A stretch of DNA of 64,000 bases. Origin: Flectonema sp. DT1601 (Eukaryota). This document shows positions 34,077 to 47,438 of the stretch, one piece after another. The notes beneath the pieces are model-generated. The model was not told where the DNA came from. It ran no database searches and saw only the letters and a list, made by a program, of their open reading frames with translations. The stretch covers positions 124,001-188,000 of the forward strand of contig OZ025805.1 of NCBI GenBank assembly GCA_964019425.1. Direction: 5' to 3'. A program made the position numbers and the translations under genes. How positions within the stretch are numbered: position 1 is the first letter of the stretch; the number at the start of each line of letters is the position of its first letter.

Positions 34077-37000
34077 TCAATTAGACCTGGGAATTTCAAC
34101 CCCAAAATAACTGGCGACTAACTTAGGCGACAGAATAGATTGTCCTGCTGCTCCACTTTTTACCGCATGCAGTGCCGTCTCGATGCTATCTTCGACGATG
34201 AATCTGTGAGCAACAACTTGTTTTGTTTGAGTTATCCGATGACAGCGACCAATTGCCTGAAGCTCAAGAGCTGGGTTAAGACAAGGCTCCATCAGAAATA
34301 CGTGATTAGCTGAAGTTAAATTCAATCCACATGATCCAGAACGAACTGTTAATAAGAAAGCTATGCTGGTTGGGTTGCTTGAGAAGTCCTGAAGAGATTT
34401 CGTTCTGCTCTTTTGGCTCATCGCTCCGACGATCTTCTCAGAACGATATCCAATTTCTGAAATAGCAGTCTCGATTGCCCGTATTGAAGATTCAAATTGC
34501 GTGAAAATAACAAATTTGCAAGTCGGGTCTTGTTTTCTCAATTCAACAATTCGGTTCTTCATCGCAGAGAGTTTTGATGAAATCTTATTCTTGCGAATCC
34601 ACTGCAAGTGCGTCTCTGGACTAGAATCGATCCCAGGCTGTTCTCCATCAAGACCGGTACAACTACCGTCAGCACTCGTGTGTTCTATAATTGGTTCTTC
34701 AATTGCTTGTTCTGTACCTGAAATCAGAGTTAAAGACTTCTCCAACATCTGTCTCCGGCACAAGGGACATTCTCCTTTACTTGCTGCTGTTGGAACAATA
34801 CATCCAATACAAAAGAAATGACCACACTTTGTTAAGGCTAATCCCTCACACATTTCAAAACAGATTGGACACTCGTAATCGCTGGCTGTTGCGATGATGT
34901 CTTTTGCATCAGAAATACGATTTGCTGGAATTAGGCTTGATAGAGTTTTCAAAACTTCATTCTTGCTGAGAACCGGAAGGTTTCCCTCATTGTTAGCAAT
35001 TTTATCACGAGCTTCCCAGGAGCTGGTATGCAGACTCTCATGGCTTCCTAAGGCAGCTGCGTAGACGTTATCCATACTCATTCCTGTGTGAAATGGATTG
35101 CCAACACCACACGAATACGACGTGAATTGTCTCAATCGAGTTGCCGCAAGAAGCCAGTGAGACCACCACCTGCTATGATTGCTTGTTAATTGTAGTTCAG
35201 ACCTCAATTGATCTTTGGCATGCATGTAAACTTGTCTTTCACTTGTTGTCATAACAACAGGCACTACAACATCAGTGTGAGGATCCAATCCAACTAAATA
35301 CTTCGACCCATCAGTATAACATTGATCAACTGTGTGTCTAATTGTACAACTTTCGAACCATCTACAGAGTTGTGTTTTAGTAATTGTTTTCATATTATCA
35401 GCAGGTTTCACTCCATACAAAGCTTTGCTCAACCCACTAACTTTAGAGAGGTTTGCCTGAACTGGTGTACCAGACAAAAGCCATCTGTGAGTAGCTCTGA
35501 TGTTACCCGTTAGCTTAGCTTGTTGCGTTGTATCATTTGCAACAAAATGAATTTCATCGAATATAACTCGATTCCACCAAATATTCATCATTGGTGAGAA
35601 TGAATCTGGATCACCTGCGCGTTGGATACTAATAATGTCGTAGTTGCTAACAACATAGTCTGCCTCGTGTAAGATCATTTTATTACGAGTAGCTGATGGG
35701 ATTCCACTGTGGTAGTCCAGTATTTTCATTCTGTTTGCATTCGGAAGTTTAGATCTCAATTCCTCTGACCATTGTCCTCGAAGTGATGCTTTTGTAATAA
35801 TTAAAGTCCCACCCCTTAACATCTTTTCTGGAACTGCTGCTTCTTCTGTTCCGAGTTTTAATCGTTTGATAGGACGGGTCGGTTTTGGTTGTTTTTTTAA
35901 TTTTTTTGAAGGTTTTGATGTTTTTTTTTTTTTAGGTTTTAGTTTTGAAGGTTTTCGTTGAACAATATCATCTGAGTCCGAGTCCGACGATGATGATGAT
36001 GATGATGATGATGACAGCGACGACGACGACGACGTGTCAAAATCAACATCTGAATCAGAACTCATCAACGACACTTCATCAACTTCCTCATCTTGATTTG
36101 CTTCTCTCGCTCCTCTGTAACTACATACTGCTAACACCATTATTGTTTTACCCATTCCCATTTCCGATGCAATTATTCCTCCGTGAATCGACTTCGGAGT
36201 AGCTGAAAAATCACCATAAACATCATTATAGAAGTATGTTCCTTGTTTTGGATCGGCAAACGCTACTGGCTGATAACGTATCAAGGCTGTGGATTGTTTT
36301 TTTTTGGTGTTGTTCTTTAAAGTACCTTGCGGGGGAGGGGGGTAGTTACAAACCTTGTTTTGGATTAATCTCTCTGTCAATCATCCAGTCAATAGCGTGA
36401 TGTTGATAAGCTCTCGGGGTACATTCTAAAGTAATATTATATTTTGGTTGATAGTCCAGACTGACATCATAAACACACAGAGCTAAAGTAGTTGAGATGT
36501 GTTGCTTAAGTCCGTCAGATTCGTCAATAGTCGCATTAGAGACGTCATTAGTTCTGAATAGCGATTGTTTTCTATTTGGAGACCACGTTAAAAGATCAAG
36601 TCTCCAATCCCTGTTTGAGTCAAGGTGAGAAGTATTACAGCTCGCACACTCATCACAACTCGTTGATCCAATTCGAGAACCTGCTCCACTTCTATTTATG
36701 AATTTGTGTGCTGTCGGAGATCTCAAACACCAGTCTGTTTTGTTTTTTCTTGTTTTTCTTTCTCTTCTTTTTTGCAATGTAGATAATTCAGGTGGGCGAA
36801 GAGTGAAAAAAAAAAAAAAAAAAAAAAATCTTACAAACCTTTACGAGCATTCTTCGTCTTCTTTTTATGATTATCCGAGCAGTGGAGACAAACCATACAC
36901 AAGTGTGAGGCAGTGGAGTAATGTACTGGACAACTACGATGAGCTATTTGAGGTAAGCTGCAAACAACACACGGTTGACCATAATACGTTGTTGCTGGAG

Positions 37001-39458
37001 ACTTCTTGGGTAATGCAGATGGGGAGTATCCTGTAAAAGGATGAGCGTTATTGACCAGTGGATGAGGAGCAAGTTCCGTATCAGCGAGGATACTAAATTT
37101 TTGACCAAACGCTAAATTCATTAAATGGCGGGCAGCAACATCTCCAGACGAATACAGCCTCGTAGGTGAAAAGAATTTCTCCGACTTTGCCAAGAGTTCA
37201 ATATACGGAACTGTTTCTTCATCAAACGCTACTATACTGGAGCATTTCGCTGGATAAGATTCCCTCAGGAAACAGAGAAGCTCAGCTTTGTTTTCCAAGA
37301 ATGATTCTTTGATACGTTCTTCAGTTGTTTGATGTTTCTTTCCTTTTTTTTTTTTAGTAACAGTGACAGTTCGGTGTACTGCAAGTGGGGGTTTCCAATG
37401 CAGCATTGCCGTGGCCATTGGACCAGCCGTAATGAACCCGTCAGACTTATAATTGACAGGTATCTCAAACTTTTCAATCAACTGTACCATCCCAAGCATA
37501 TCTAAAGCACATAAATTTGTTTCTGAAAATTTCGAAACAGCTGTCTTCGGTTCATAGACTATTCTCATGTCGATGTGATTTCGAGTCAACAATCCAACAA
37601 GAGGTGTTAATTTTCTAAAAACGACCGTTGAATTGCTATTTCTAAGTCCGAAATCCATCAACTCAACACCAGTCTTATTTCGATACGCTTTAGGTAGTTT
37701 AGATAAAGGATAGCATTTCAGTTTAGCAATGAGTTTCGGAAAAGTATTTCCTTGCTGAAGGTCTTCCTTAACAACAGATGGCGGTGCTCCCCTAGGAAAT
37801 GTAATTACATCCATGATATCATCACCTGATCTGTGTTTCCATGGTAATTGGAGTAAAGCCGCGTCACGTAGAGCACTCTGAGAGATGTTTTCAAAGACCG
37901 AAACCGGAACGACACTCGTACTGAAATCTGCTCCAAAAGACGTATAAATCTTATTTGTGTACGTGTGAGCCTCAAACTTTTGATCGATTCGAAGTATGCA
38001 AGATTTAGCTTGTAATCTTATGGCGTACGGGAGGTTGTTCAGTTGTCCATATTTTTTTAATTCCTCAAGCGATTTTCTCTTTACTTTGATAAATCCTGCT
38101 TCTTCTCCATTTGATTTTGATAAATACATTTTATGAATTGTCACTACGATGGCCCGATTGCTATTTTCACAATACAAACAAACAGAGGCTGATCCCTCGT
38201 TTTTATAAGGCTCTCTTTTAGTTACAACAATACCGTATGAGTTAGACCACTTTGGTGAATTCGGACTGACCTTTACGACTTGCTGATGACGGAAGTTTGG
38301 TAATTTCTCATTCGATTCCAGACTTAGGTCATCCAAGGGGATCATTTTTGTTTCATCATCGATTTTGACAACTGCGTGTGTCTCTGAAACGATCGCCACA
38401 ACTGTTCCCATTTCTGCGGTTTTCGTAATTGATATCTCACTTCCTGATTTGATTCCACTCAACGGCTGAGGAATTCGTTTCAAATCACCGACGGTTAGTA
38501 TCATCTTTTCTCCGTCTTCAATTCTAGAAACGTATCCTCCGAGAACAATATTTAATCTGTTACTCTCAGTTTTGTAGAAATTAAATACCCTTCCCTGCTC
38601 CATGAAGTAAAATTGACGACTCTTCAGTGATTCACCTTCACGAACAACTGCTTGTTTTCCAACAACAATACCAGTCAGGTGACGTTTTCTGTTGAATTCA
38701 GCTTCTTCAGGATTATCAGCAACACGATACCTCTCAAGTGAGGCAGTTGATGTGTTTGAGTCAGTGCTGTAGGAAGAGCTGGTGTCACTGTTATGAGAAA
38801 TGTTGTCATCATCGTCATAGTCACCGAAACCTGACTTAGAAACCATTCCATAGGATGGCTCTCTACCAATCGGTTCATAACCTGCTGAAGTGAACGACTG
38901 AAAGTCACTCAATCCTACTACAGGTGGCATGTTGCCTGACGACCACGACATGTTACCCGAGGAAGGCATGCTGCCTAAAAAATTCGACAAGGTTCCTGAG
39001 GAAGACATGTTGCCCGAAGACCGCGATATGTTGCCCGAGGAAGACATGTTGCCCGAGGACCGCGATATGTTGCCCGAGGAAGACATGTTGCCCGAGGATT
39101 TAATTTTCGAAGGTACCTTAAGTGGTGCTACTGCTTCCGGTTCTTCCATTTGTTGCAATACTTCGTCAGCTGCAATAGTAACCCGACCTTCAGCCTTAAT
39201 GTAAGCATTACATACTTTAGTCATCACACTCTTTGCTTTAGAGTCGAATTCGTGAGAACACTTCGATAACACTGTGACTCGTTTATTACACTTTGAACAC
39301 ACTGAGCAGCTTTCTTCTGCTAAGACTTCGAATAACTGACACATATCCCTAACTATGGTCTTTTTATCGTGTCCTTTACTTTGTAGATCTCTAACAGAAG
39401 CCTGTTGTGAATGGGTTAACGCGCACTCAAGCCAAACGACTACGGGATCCGGAGTCAT
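34077..39458 (-). CDS. SNF2-family RING-finger helicase (Rad5/HLTF/SHPRH-like), ~1736 aa, 3 exons (39458-36839, 36734-36354, 36286-34077)
   Basis: Motifs GGIIASEMGMGKT, DEIH, HRWLLSGTP, RING CPIC..CGHFFCIGC..CPLC, GLNLTSANHVFLMEP and QAIGRCHR. Two GT-AG introns join the three ORFs in phase (5211 nt in total). Confidence 0.85.
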
Positions 39459-39592
39459 AATGGATACCTACAGAGAGAAATAAATATAATAAATCAACTT
39501 ATCGTATTGGAAACGATTAATCAAATAGAATCTATAAAGGAAGGGGAGGGAAGGGGAAAAGGGGATCAAACCATTCTCATCAGCTGACGGTA

Positions 39593-41131
39593 TCATTTAT
39601 ATATTAAATACGTAAACATCACAACCATGTCACCTGAATAACAAACAGGTACAGAGTGTGTTAGATCTCCCGACCACAATATAATCCTACCACTCTTGAG
39701 GGCTACACTATCATTATTAATGATAACTTTTCCACATGATGAAAGAGACAGCATCATCGGTAATCCATAAGTTCCTTCTTCAGTGGAAGGACACATCCTA
39801 AACGGTAAAATCTCCTCACCAGGGGTAAGCCTGAAATACGACACCGACTCACTTGTCCCAACCAACTGTAATGTGTTTCCATTAACAGAGCATGATTTTG
39901 GTAGTCTCTGAGCTGATCGTTTGAACAGATACTGTAAGACTGGTGTGAATACTTCAGGTGATACGCTGCGACTGTTGTAATCAAACCCGAGATGGAAAGG
40001 CATCGATTGAACTCGACTACCTGTAATAGACTCCGTACTTTCTATTATCTGACGACAGTCATTATTATCAAAAGTATAATCAACGAGTGATGTGAATCTT
40101 TTGAACGGATTTTCAAATGATCCATTCAGGATTTCTGACCAAAGTTCTGATGACACATTTCTATCTCGGAGGTTGAGATTTGCTTTTGGTGAAATCAACG
40201 GTCGGGAAGACACCTTCGGATGACGAGCCTTGGCGTAGTCTTTAAGGATCTGAGGAGCACTTGAAACCTTCGCCTGATGAATTGCAGCCTCAGCTAGTTT
40301 TGTTCTGTCTCGTAGAATTTCCAAAGCTGATTGCGTTGATGCTTCAAAAATCTTATCCAAAGGGATCGATAAACAATCTCCAAACGAAATCCTCCTCCTG
40401 GCAGTGAGTACTAAAGTACCATCATCAGTGAATGTGTAGTCACAGTTTGGTGATGGGAGTGTTGTCATTTTTTGTTTTTGTTTACCTGGTCGACAACCAA
40501 CTGATACCAACGGTTGTTTTACTCTTTTAATCCTCTTCGCTATAGAACTGTATTTATATAATCCTCTACCAAAGGGGGTTGGTATTCCACCCAATTCTGA
40601 TATTGTAAACAAACGTGCGACTTGAGTGTGATCTGAAAAGTGTTTTTCGTGAATTGTTTTGGATAAACCTTTGTAGGCAAGCACACCAAAACCGACTCTA
40701 ATTTTTAAATCATCCCTACTTAAAGAGGTATGGTTAATCTCCCAAGGGAATTTCCAAATTTCATCTGCAGCGTCGCCCAGTTCCTTTCGACGTGATCTCG
40801 CTGTTAGGTAGGACTGAAATGAAGGTAGCAGTAATTCGGCGAGTCCAGACATGGATGACATGCTGCTCGCCATTTTCATAATCGCGGCAACCCTCTGAAA
40901 TAATACTTTTTCTTGATCCGAAGCATTCTTTTCAGCAGCTTCAATCTCCTTACCCCATTGCATCACTGCTCTTTCTTCGAGTATCACCTCACCCTGTTGT
41001 ATGCTTTGAAGGGCTACGAGATCACTCGTTGCTAATCCACCGTATATCGGCTTAGTGACACGAACTGCAGCCTTTGGTTGTACTGTGATGTCGTCTTCTG
41101 TGAAGTATCCGACAGGAAGTGATGGAATCAT
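39593..41131 (-). CDS. 512-aa protein with a degenerate SET-like region and a C-terminal 2OG-Fe(II) oxygenase-like region
   Basis: SET-like: LVALQSIQQGEVILEE ... GRGLY ... PNCDYTF..LVLTARRRISFGDCLSI. Oxygenase-like: YFRLTPGEEILP ... GRIILWSGDLTHSVPVCYSGDMVVM. Confidence 0.65.
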   Translation of the reverse strand: MIPSLPVGYFTEDDITVQPKAAVRVTKPIYGGLATSDLVALQSIQQGEVILEERAVMQWGKEIEAAEKNASDQEKVLFQRVAAIMKMASSMSSMSGLAELLLPSFQSYLTARSRRKELGDAADEIWKFPWEINHTSLSRDDLKIRVGFGVLAYKGLSKTIHEKHFSDHTQVARLFTISELGGIPTPFGRGLYKYSSIAKRIKRVKQPLVSVGCRPGKQKQKMTTLPSPNCDYTFTDDGTLVLTARRRISFGDCLSIPLDKIFEASTQSALEILRDRTKLAEAAIHQAKVSSAPQILKDYAKARHPKVSSRPLISPKANLNLRDRNVSSELWSEILNGSFENPFKRFTSLVDYTFDNNDCRQIIESTESITGSRVQSMPFHLGFDYNSRSVSPEVFTPVLQYLFKRSAQRLPKSCSVNGNTLQLVGTSESVSYFRLTPGEEILPFRMCPSTEEGTYGLPMMLSLSSCGKVIINNDSVALKSGRIILWSGDLTHSVPVCYSGDMVVMFTYLIYK

Positions 41132-41204
41132 TGTGTTTATTATTTGTTGTTTTTATTACCTAAAAAAAAAAACAAGCCTATAAAAGGGGAATTAACATCA
41201 CTGC

Positions 41205-41235
<31 letters not shown>

Positions 41236-41518
41236 GGGACCATTCAGATAAACAGCATTATATTTTTGTTGATCGCAGATAGTTTTACTGGAGCACGGGG
41301 GGTAACTTGATACTAATATTAAATGGAAAGCAACTTGAAACTGGCAAAAACGAGAATAGGGTTCGGCCAGACCTGGTTGCAATATAAGAAATCAACAGTT
41401 GGTATCGATAAAAAATCCCATATGTGCTGTCGAATATGGGGGGAAAACAGATAACATTTTGACAATAATTAATAAACCTGTTCTTAATCTGAATAGTTTC
41501 TTCTCCGACTTCGTCGGT

Positions 41519-41550
<32 letters not shown>

Positions 41551-41553
<3 letters not shown>

Positions 41554-41698
41554 GCTTTTTATCTTAAAAACTATACAGAAAATAGTAATACAACAACTGT
41601 GTGATGTTTTTTGTTTGTGTCACGAAAAACGTGAACCGACTTAAACTGATAAAGCTAAAGTAGGTTTACGCATGCTGTCCCCCAACATTATTTTTCGA
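41551..41698 (+). repeat. ~150-170-bp dispersed SINE-like repeat (also ~42960-43137, ~56958-57129, 3' part ~23828-23888)
   Basis: Shared core ttggcttttatcttaaaactatacagaaaatagtaat...cacgaaaaacgtgaaccgacttaaactgataaagctaa(a/g)g(g/t)aggtttacg, ending in an A-run. Confidence 0.8.
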
Positions 41699-41918
41699 AA
41701 AAAAAAGGATTCCAAAAATCAACCTGCTACATACAGAGACGTTGTGTTGTGTTGGTCTGTGTAATGAAATAGTTTATAAAAAAATAAACAGAATAAAAAT
41801 TATGAATTCAACACTCTGGAGGCATTCGTTCGTGCGTTGTCATGTCACCTATTTGATGATTAGAACTTTTGGTGGATACTTTGCCCCACACAGAAGATTT
41901 TTTTTAAAAAATATTGAT

Positions 41919-44900
41919 CTAAAAACTGACACCAGAATCTTCGTCGCCTGCGTCAAATACAACTCCCGCCGTGTCATCGTCTTCTTCAGGTGACATATCG
42001 ATTGGTTCGCTGACGACTTCTGGAGTCGCATCAGCTGTTTCTCTCACAAACCTGTTGACAATCGACGCCAAATCCGCCAAACTTTTTCCAAAACTCGTCT
42101 GCAGTTGAGAATCACATTTTTGCTTCTCTGCAGTAGTCGCTTTCGATTTATTTAATATTTGAAAAAAGAACAACTGCAACTTCTCAGTACAAGCCTGTGG
42201 ATACCTCGTAATAACACTCAAAGCAGACATGTAGTCTTTGTTGTTGTCACACACTTTAAGAAGGGAGAATAGGATGCCAGCATTTGGAGTCTGTGGGTTG
42301 TTATTGTTCGTTGTTTGTTTGTTTTTTTGTTTTTTTTTTGTTCCCCCAGAACAAGAAAAACGACATACGATCTTTTCCCTTTCAAGAAGGTCCCAATACT
42401 GATCGAGTTCGCTGGTTTCTTTTAGTGTCTGTCCCAGGTATCCCATGACGTACTCATCCATTGTGATACCAAGAGATCTCATTTCCTCGATGTACATCAT
42501 CGCTGCTTCCGTATTTTGTAACTTAGCACAGCAGTACATTAGTTTATGAAATACGTGTCTCGTGTCTACAGCCGGTACTTTATTTCTGAGAATCTTGTTG
42601 GCTTTCTGTGAGGAGGGATTTTTTTAATTTTTTTTTTTTTTGAAATTTGATTGAGAAGGCGATAATAGGAAGAAAAAAACAAAAGAAAAAAAAAACCCCC
42701 CCCAGCCTTAGCGGCTTTCAAAAAAAAAAATAACAATACCCTGTATTCTTCCAAGATTGCCCTGGCGTGAGCGAGCCCGTCAGAATCATCACCTGTTGAA
42801 TTGGCACATGCGATTATTGCGAGACCAATGGCGGTATCAGTTACTTTAACGGATTCATCCTCCATCATCGTGTTGAGAACATGACGAGCACTCTTTATAC
42901 ATCCCTGGTTTGTTATAAATTGTTTACTGTAATTGTACAGTTTTATTTAAATGAAAAAGAATTGGTTTTAACTTCAACTATACAGAAAATAATGATATAA
43001 CACTGTGATTTTTTGTTTGTGCACGAAACCGTGAACCGACTTAAACTGATAAAGCTAAAGGAGGTTTACGTGTGCTGCCAACATTCTTTTTCGTTCTTGC
43101 AATACTTGCTAAATGCAAAAAAAAAAAAAAAAAAAAAGTAATAACATACATGACTAGCACAAGTTGATATACAATTATGATAAGCAGTCAAATCGAGTCT
43201 GCCTCCTTCGTTTGCCCTGACATCTTCAAGAAGAGCGAGAGCGTTGTCCATTCTTCCTGTAGTGTAATGCATTTTCATTAGACTAGTGACGACGTCAGTC
43301 CTGTCGTAAACGCTCTCTGGATCATCTTCTTTAAGTTCTTGATAAACTCTCTCAGCTGCTTCGTGATTACCTGCTCTGGTACACAGACCAAGCAGAGCAG
43401 TATAAACGTTTAGCGTTGGATTGACACCTGTTTGCCTCAACATGTTCTTTAAGCGAAATCCAGCTTTAACTTCTATAGGACGAGGTTGTTTTGTAGGAAC
43501 AACTTTACAAGGTTGATCATCCAACCAGTCTAAACCATCTTCATCATCAGTAACATTTCTAATGTAGGCAACTGTTTCAAATTTCATTCCCATGTTTCCC
43601 AATGCTCTGATTGCTTGAGCTACAAAATGAGGTGTGAATTTTTGAGGATCGGTGTTAAAGAGATCTTCAATAACCGCGTCAACCATGTCTATTTGACCTT
43701 TGGTAGCCCATGATTTAGCAGAGTAGTAAAAAGTATATCCGTCTGGTTTGATATCCTTTTGTGCTTCTATTTCCTTAACAAGTCTTTGTACTTCTTCAGC
43801 ATTACCTGCTTCAGAGTAGACTGACATTAGACGATTGTATGTCTCGATGACTGGTGATAAGTTGAAATCTTTTAGCTGATTGAAGATGTGCTGAGCAACA
43901 TCACAATTCTTTTTAGTTGTGAGTTTATTTTTCATGTGAGAAAAGTACAACGGCATATCATCTTGACCTCCTTCACTCCATTTGTAAAATGTTCCGTATG
44001 AAGAGGCTCCTTTATCTCTGGCACATGCATGTAAAGCTCTGTGTGCGATATCAAGGGTGATTCCTCGGCCCTCCTCAACGAGATCCTTCATAACTTCCAA
44101 TACTTCTGTGGTCTCACCATTGTCAGCGAGAATTCCAAGGTATCGTTCTGTCGCGTCCATCATCCGACCGTCATCAGAAACTCCCTTTTGAGAATCATGT
44201 AATTGTTTCATGTCTAGATAGATTGATCTTATTGTTTGTAAGTTATTCTTCGCAGTCGATCCTTGTGTTATTATTCTCATGAATCTTTTATCTATTCCTG
44301 GATCTCTCTTCAACTGGTGATATAAAACTAAGACTTTATCATAGGAACCTGAAGCTACAAACAGTCGAAGTTGTAACATGTGTAAGTCATAGCTGTCTCT
44401 GTTGTCAATTATTTTGTATTCCTTCAAATCCGATAATAAATTTTCGTATCTCACAAGTATCGATTGATTTCCTCTGACACGTGCGGCGTATTCCAGAAGC
44501 GTTTGTGTTGACCTCTTTGCCATTGTATTGTATTGCAGTTTTTCAGGATTATTTTCCTTTATGCTATCCCACAGGTCAAATGCTCTTTCTACTTCGTTAT
44601 TAACAGCCAGTGAATTCATTAAACAGAATTCAAGCCTTATTAAGGTTTCAGTTGATCTATCTCCTTTTTTAAGATTCATAACCCACGGTTCAATATTTTC
44701 TAAAATTTGAACCGATCTGATCCTAGAGCAGTACGTCAAAACTGTAAACGCAATTTCTGGAGAAATATACAAATGACCTGCGTTACGTTCATCTAGTCTT
44801 ATAGGAAGAGATGAAGGTGGAAATTGTTGAGAGAAGTGAGCGTCTGCAATCGCTTCGAAAAGACGTACGGCATACGCAGCACTCGACATCTCAGAAATCC

Positions 44901-45618
44901 CCAACAGAAGACCATTAATGACTTCTACTTTCATCGTGTACGGAACCTCAGCTGATTTGATGTATTTCACGCAAAGGTCGAAAAACTTTTCCGTGTTTTG
45001 TTTTTTCAATTTCCTCAAAGAAATGCAAAACATTATAGTGAACGATTGGTGGTTTGGTTTTAAATTTTTTTCTTTAAGCTTACTGTACACTCCGTAAAGG
45101 GCATTTACATCATAACGCTCTTGGTACATCACCATTAACACGGTGTTATAAACTGATGTGTCTATAACAAATCCTCGAGACTCAAATGTCTTTACAGCTT
45201 GAATTAGAATTCTGGGAGATGAGTGTTCGATGTGATTTTTTCTAATGGCGTGATAAAGTCCCATTAAGAATCTTGATAACCATATTGAATCAACGTCGTC
45301 TGGTTTTAATTTTGACATGATAGACGAGATGAATTCACCAACTTCTTCTAGTCTATCTTTTATATCTTTCGCATGAAATATTTCAGTTGGTGATTCTTTA
45401 CGCAAGTGTCTCGATGATAAATACTCTTCCGTAGTCATTCGAAGGTCTTTTGTCGCACTCGAACCACCCAACAGCTCCATTCTTTCTTCAGCTACAGCTG
45501 TTTGCTCTTCTGTTCTCATTCTATTCGAGACCCATCGCTGTTGCTGATGATGTTGTTTGCGTCCTAATGGACGTAAAGCAGCACTAGCATTTCTCCTTAC
45601 GATTAGCAAAGAGGCCAT
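41919..45618 (-). CDS. Pentatricopeptide-repeat protein, probably mitochondrial; 4 exons (45618-43150, 42904-42740, 42605-42369, 42290-41919)
   Basis: PPR motifs TYNRLMSVYSEAGNAEEVQRLVKEI and VYTALLGLCTRAGNHEAAERVYQEL; Arg-rich N-terminal presequence. Three GT-AG introns restore one frame. Confidence 0.85.
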
Positions 45619-46168
45619 TATGACACTTATGTAATACTCTTATTTAAGGGGGAAAAGAGAGAATTTTATTTTATTTTTATATTACTTATTTACGAAGCCT
45701 AAAAGAGCCAAAATCCAGGAAAAAGCTCAACAGGATGGGTGACAGTTATATCGATACCAGCCAACCGTGAGACTCTCACAGACGATAAGAGATATAAAAA
45801 AAATTTGGTACAAAAAAAAAAAAAAAAGTAATGATTTTTACCTGGAAAAACGAGATGTAAAGAATTAAAACATGAAAAAAGAATACTCACAAAACACCAC
45901 TCACAATACGTACATAAAGGAAACCCCCCCCCACTCCAGGGTCTGATAACTGTTTTGATTTATGGGGAATGAGGGATGTGACGTAAATCAGAAGCCATAA
46001 TCGGCGATAAATAAAAAAGAAAATATCTCCTTGAGGGAATCGAACATGCTTCTAAAAAGAAGGGGCTTTTTTTCCCCTTTAGTCTGTCGTAGGTTTGAAT
46101 AGTGTTCCTGTGAAGAGAACCTACTCAAAGTCGCAGATATTAACCAACGATGGTACCAAACTAGATGA

Positions 46169-47323
46169 CTATTTATTCTTACGGGAGTCTCTCTTCTCTT
46201 TCTCAACCTTCTTCTTTGCTTTGCTAGCAGCAGATGCAGCTGTCGCATCTGACGTAGCCTTCCACTGTTTAGTAAGACCAGTGAGTTCTTTAGAAAGCTT
46301 TTTCTTGGCGTGTTTACCTTCCCAATCACGGGCTGATTCATCTTCTGGAGTTTCTGTTGTTTTAGTACGAGCACTTTTATGATGTGGTGTTTGTTTCTTT
46401 GCTTTTTGCATATCGTTGTAGCTGACAGGGGCGTGGAGGCTTCTATTGTGACGTATCTTAGAATCCTTTTCAGCAGTACGATCACGAACCTGTTTAACAC
46501 GAAGCTCACGACCCTGAAGGTACTGTCCTTGAAGCTTTAGGACTGACCAAACACTGTCTTGAGAATTGAATGAAACAAAACCGAAACCTTTTCCTTTTCT
46601 TGTTACCGGATCTCTGATAAGTCTAACTTTCTGAACATCACTTATATTATGACCAAGTAGGAATCCTCTGATGTCTTCTTCTGTTATTTCTAGTAAAAGG
46701 TTTCCTAAAAATACTGAAGACGCGGACTCAAAAGGACTGGCTCCACCAAAGGCAGGTTCTGCTCTGATGTGTCTGTCGAGGAATAACGCATTGTCGAGTA
46801 GCTTTAAAGCTTTTTCGAACATTTCTTTTGTTGGAAGGACGCAGTAGGCTGCGCAGCTGCCTTCTTCCGATAACTTTGATTTTATCACGTTGAGTTTGTG
46901 GAGTTTGAATAGACCTCTTCCCTTACCATGTTCGAATGATTGAGCTCTGATTCTCACGATTACGTCTTTCGTTCCAACTGTTTTCCTTATGAATGACACC
47001 AATTCTTCCTTTTTAACCTGATTAGGAACGTTGTCGATAAATATAGTCAAAGCTTCTCTAGCTTTTTCCTCTGCTTCGGTTCGGAGGAGTTTACCATTCT
47101 TGTCTAAGTAAACAACATTGTTTCTTATTGTTCTTTTTCTCCTTTTTATTCTTTGTCTATCTTTATCAAATAAAGATTTTAAGTCCACGTCCTTTGATTG
47201 TTTTTCATCAGCGTCACTGGCTGGGTCAGCCTCATCGAAGAGAGCAGATAGTTTAGTGTTCTGATCAGCTGAGTCTGCGATAGCGTCTTCCGTGTCTTTC
47301 TGAGATAGTTTTATTTTCGACAT
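46169..47323 (-). CDS. RBM34: Nucleolar two-RRM protein (RBM34/Nop12-like)
   Basis: RNP2 motifs TIFIDNVP and SVFLGNL; VRLIRDPVTRKGKGFGFVSF; basic tail containing WEGKHA. Confidence 0.8.
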   Translation of the reverse strand: MSKIKLSQKDTEDAIADSADQNTKLSALFDEADPASDADEKQSKDVDLKSLFDKDRQRIKRRKRTIRNNVVYLDKNGKLLRTEAEEKAREALTIFIDNVPNQVKKEELVSFIRKTVGTKDVIVRIRAQSFEHGKGRGLFKLHKLNVIKSKLSEEGSCAAYCVLPTKEMFEKALKLLDNALFLDRHIRAEPAFGGASPFESASSVFLGNLLLEITEEDIRGFLLGHNISDVQKVRLIRDPVTRKGKGFGFVSFNSQDSVWSVLKLQGQYLQGRELRVKQVRDRTAEKDSKIRHNRSLHAPVSYNDMQKAKKQTPHHKSARTKTTETPEDESARDWEGKHAKKKLSKELTGLTKQWKATSDATAASAASKAKKKVEKEKRDSRKNK

Positions 47324-47438
47324 GATTTTTGAATTGATAACTGTGGAATAAAGAATGAAAAAATTAGAGAGAAAGAAAGAAAAAAAACTAAAATCTTAAT
47401 CATATAAAGCATACAGTTATCGTGTGAATAAATAGTAA

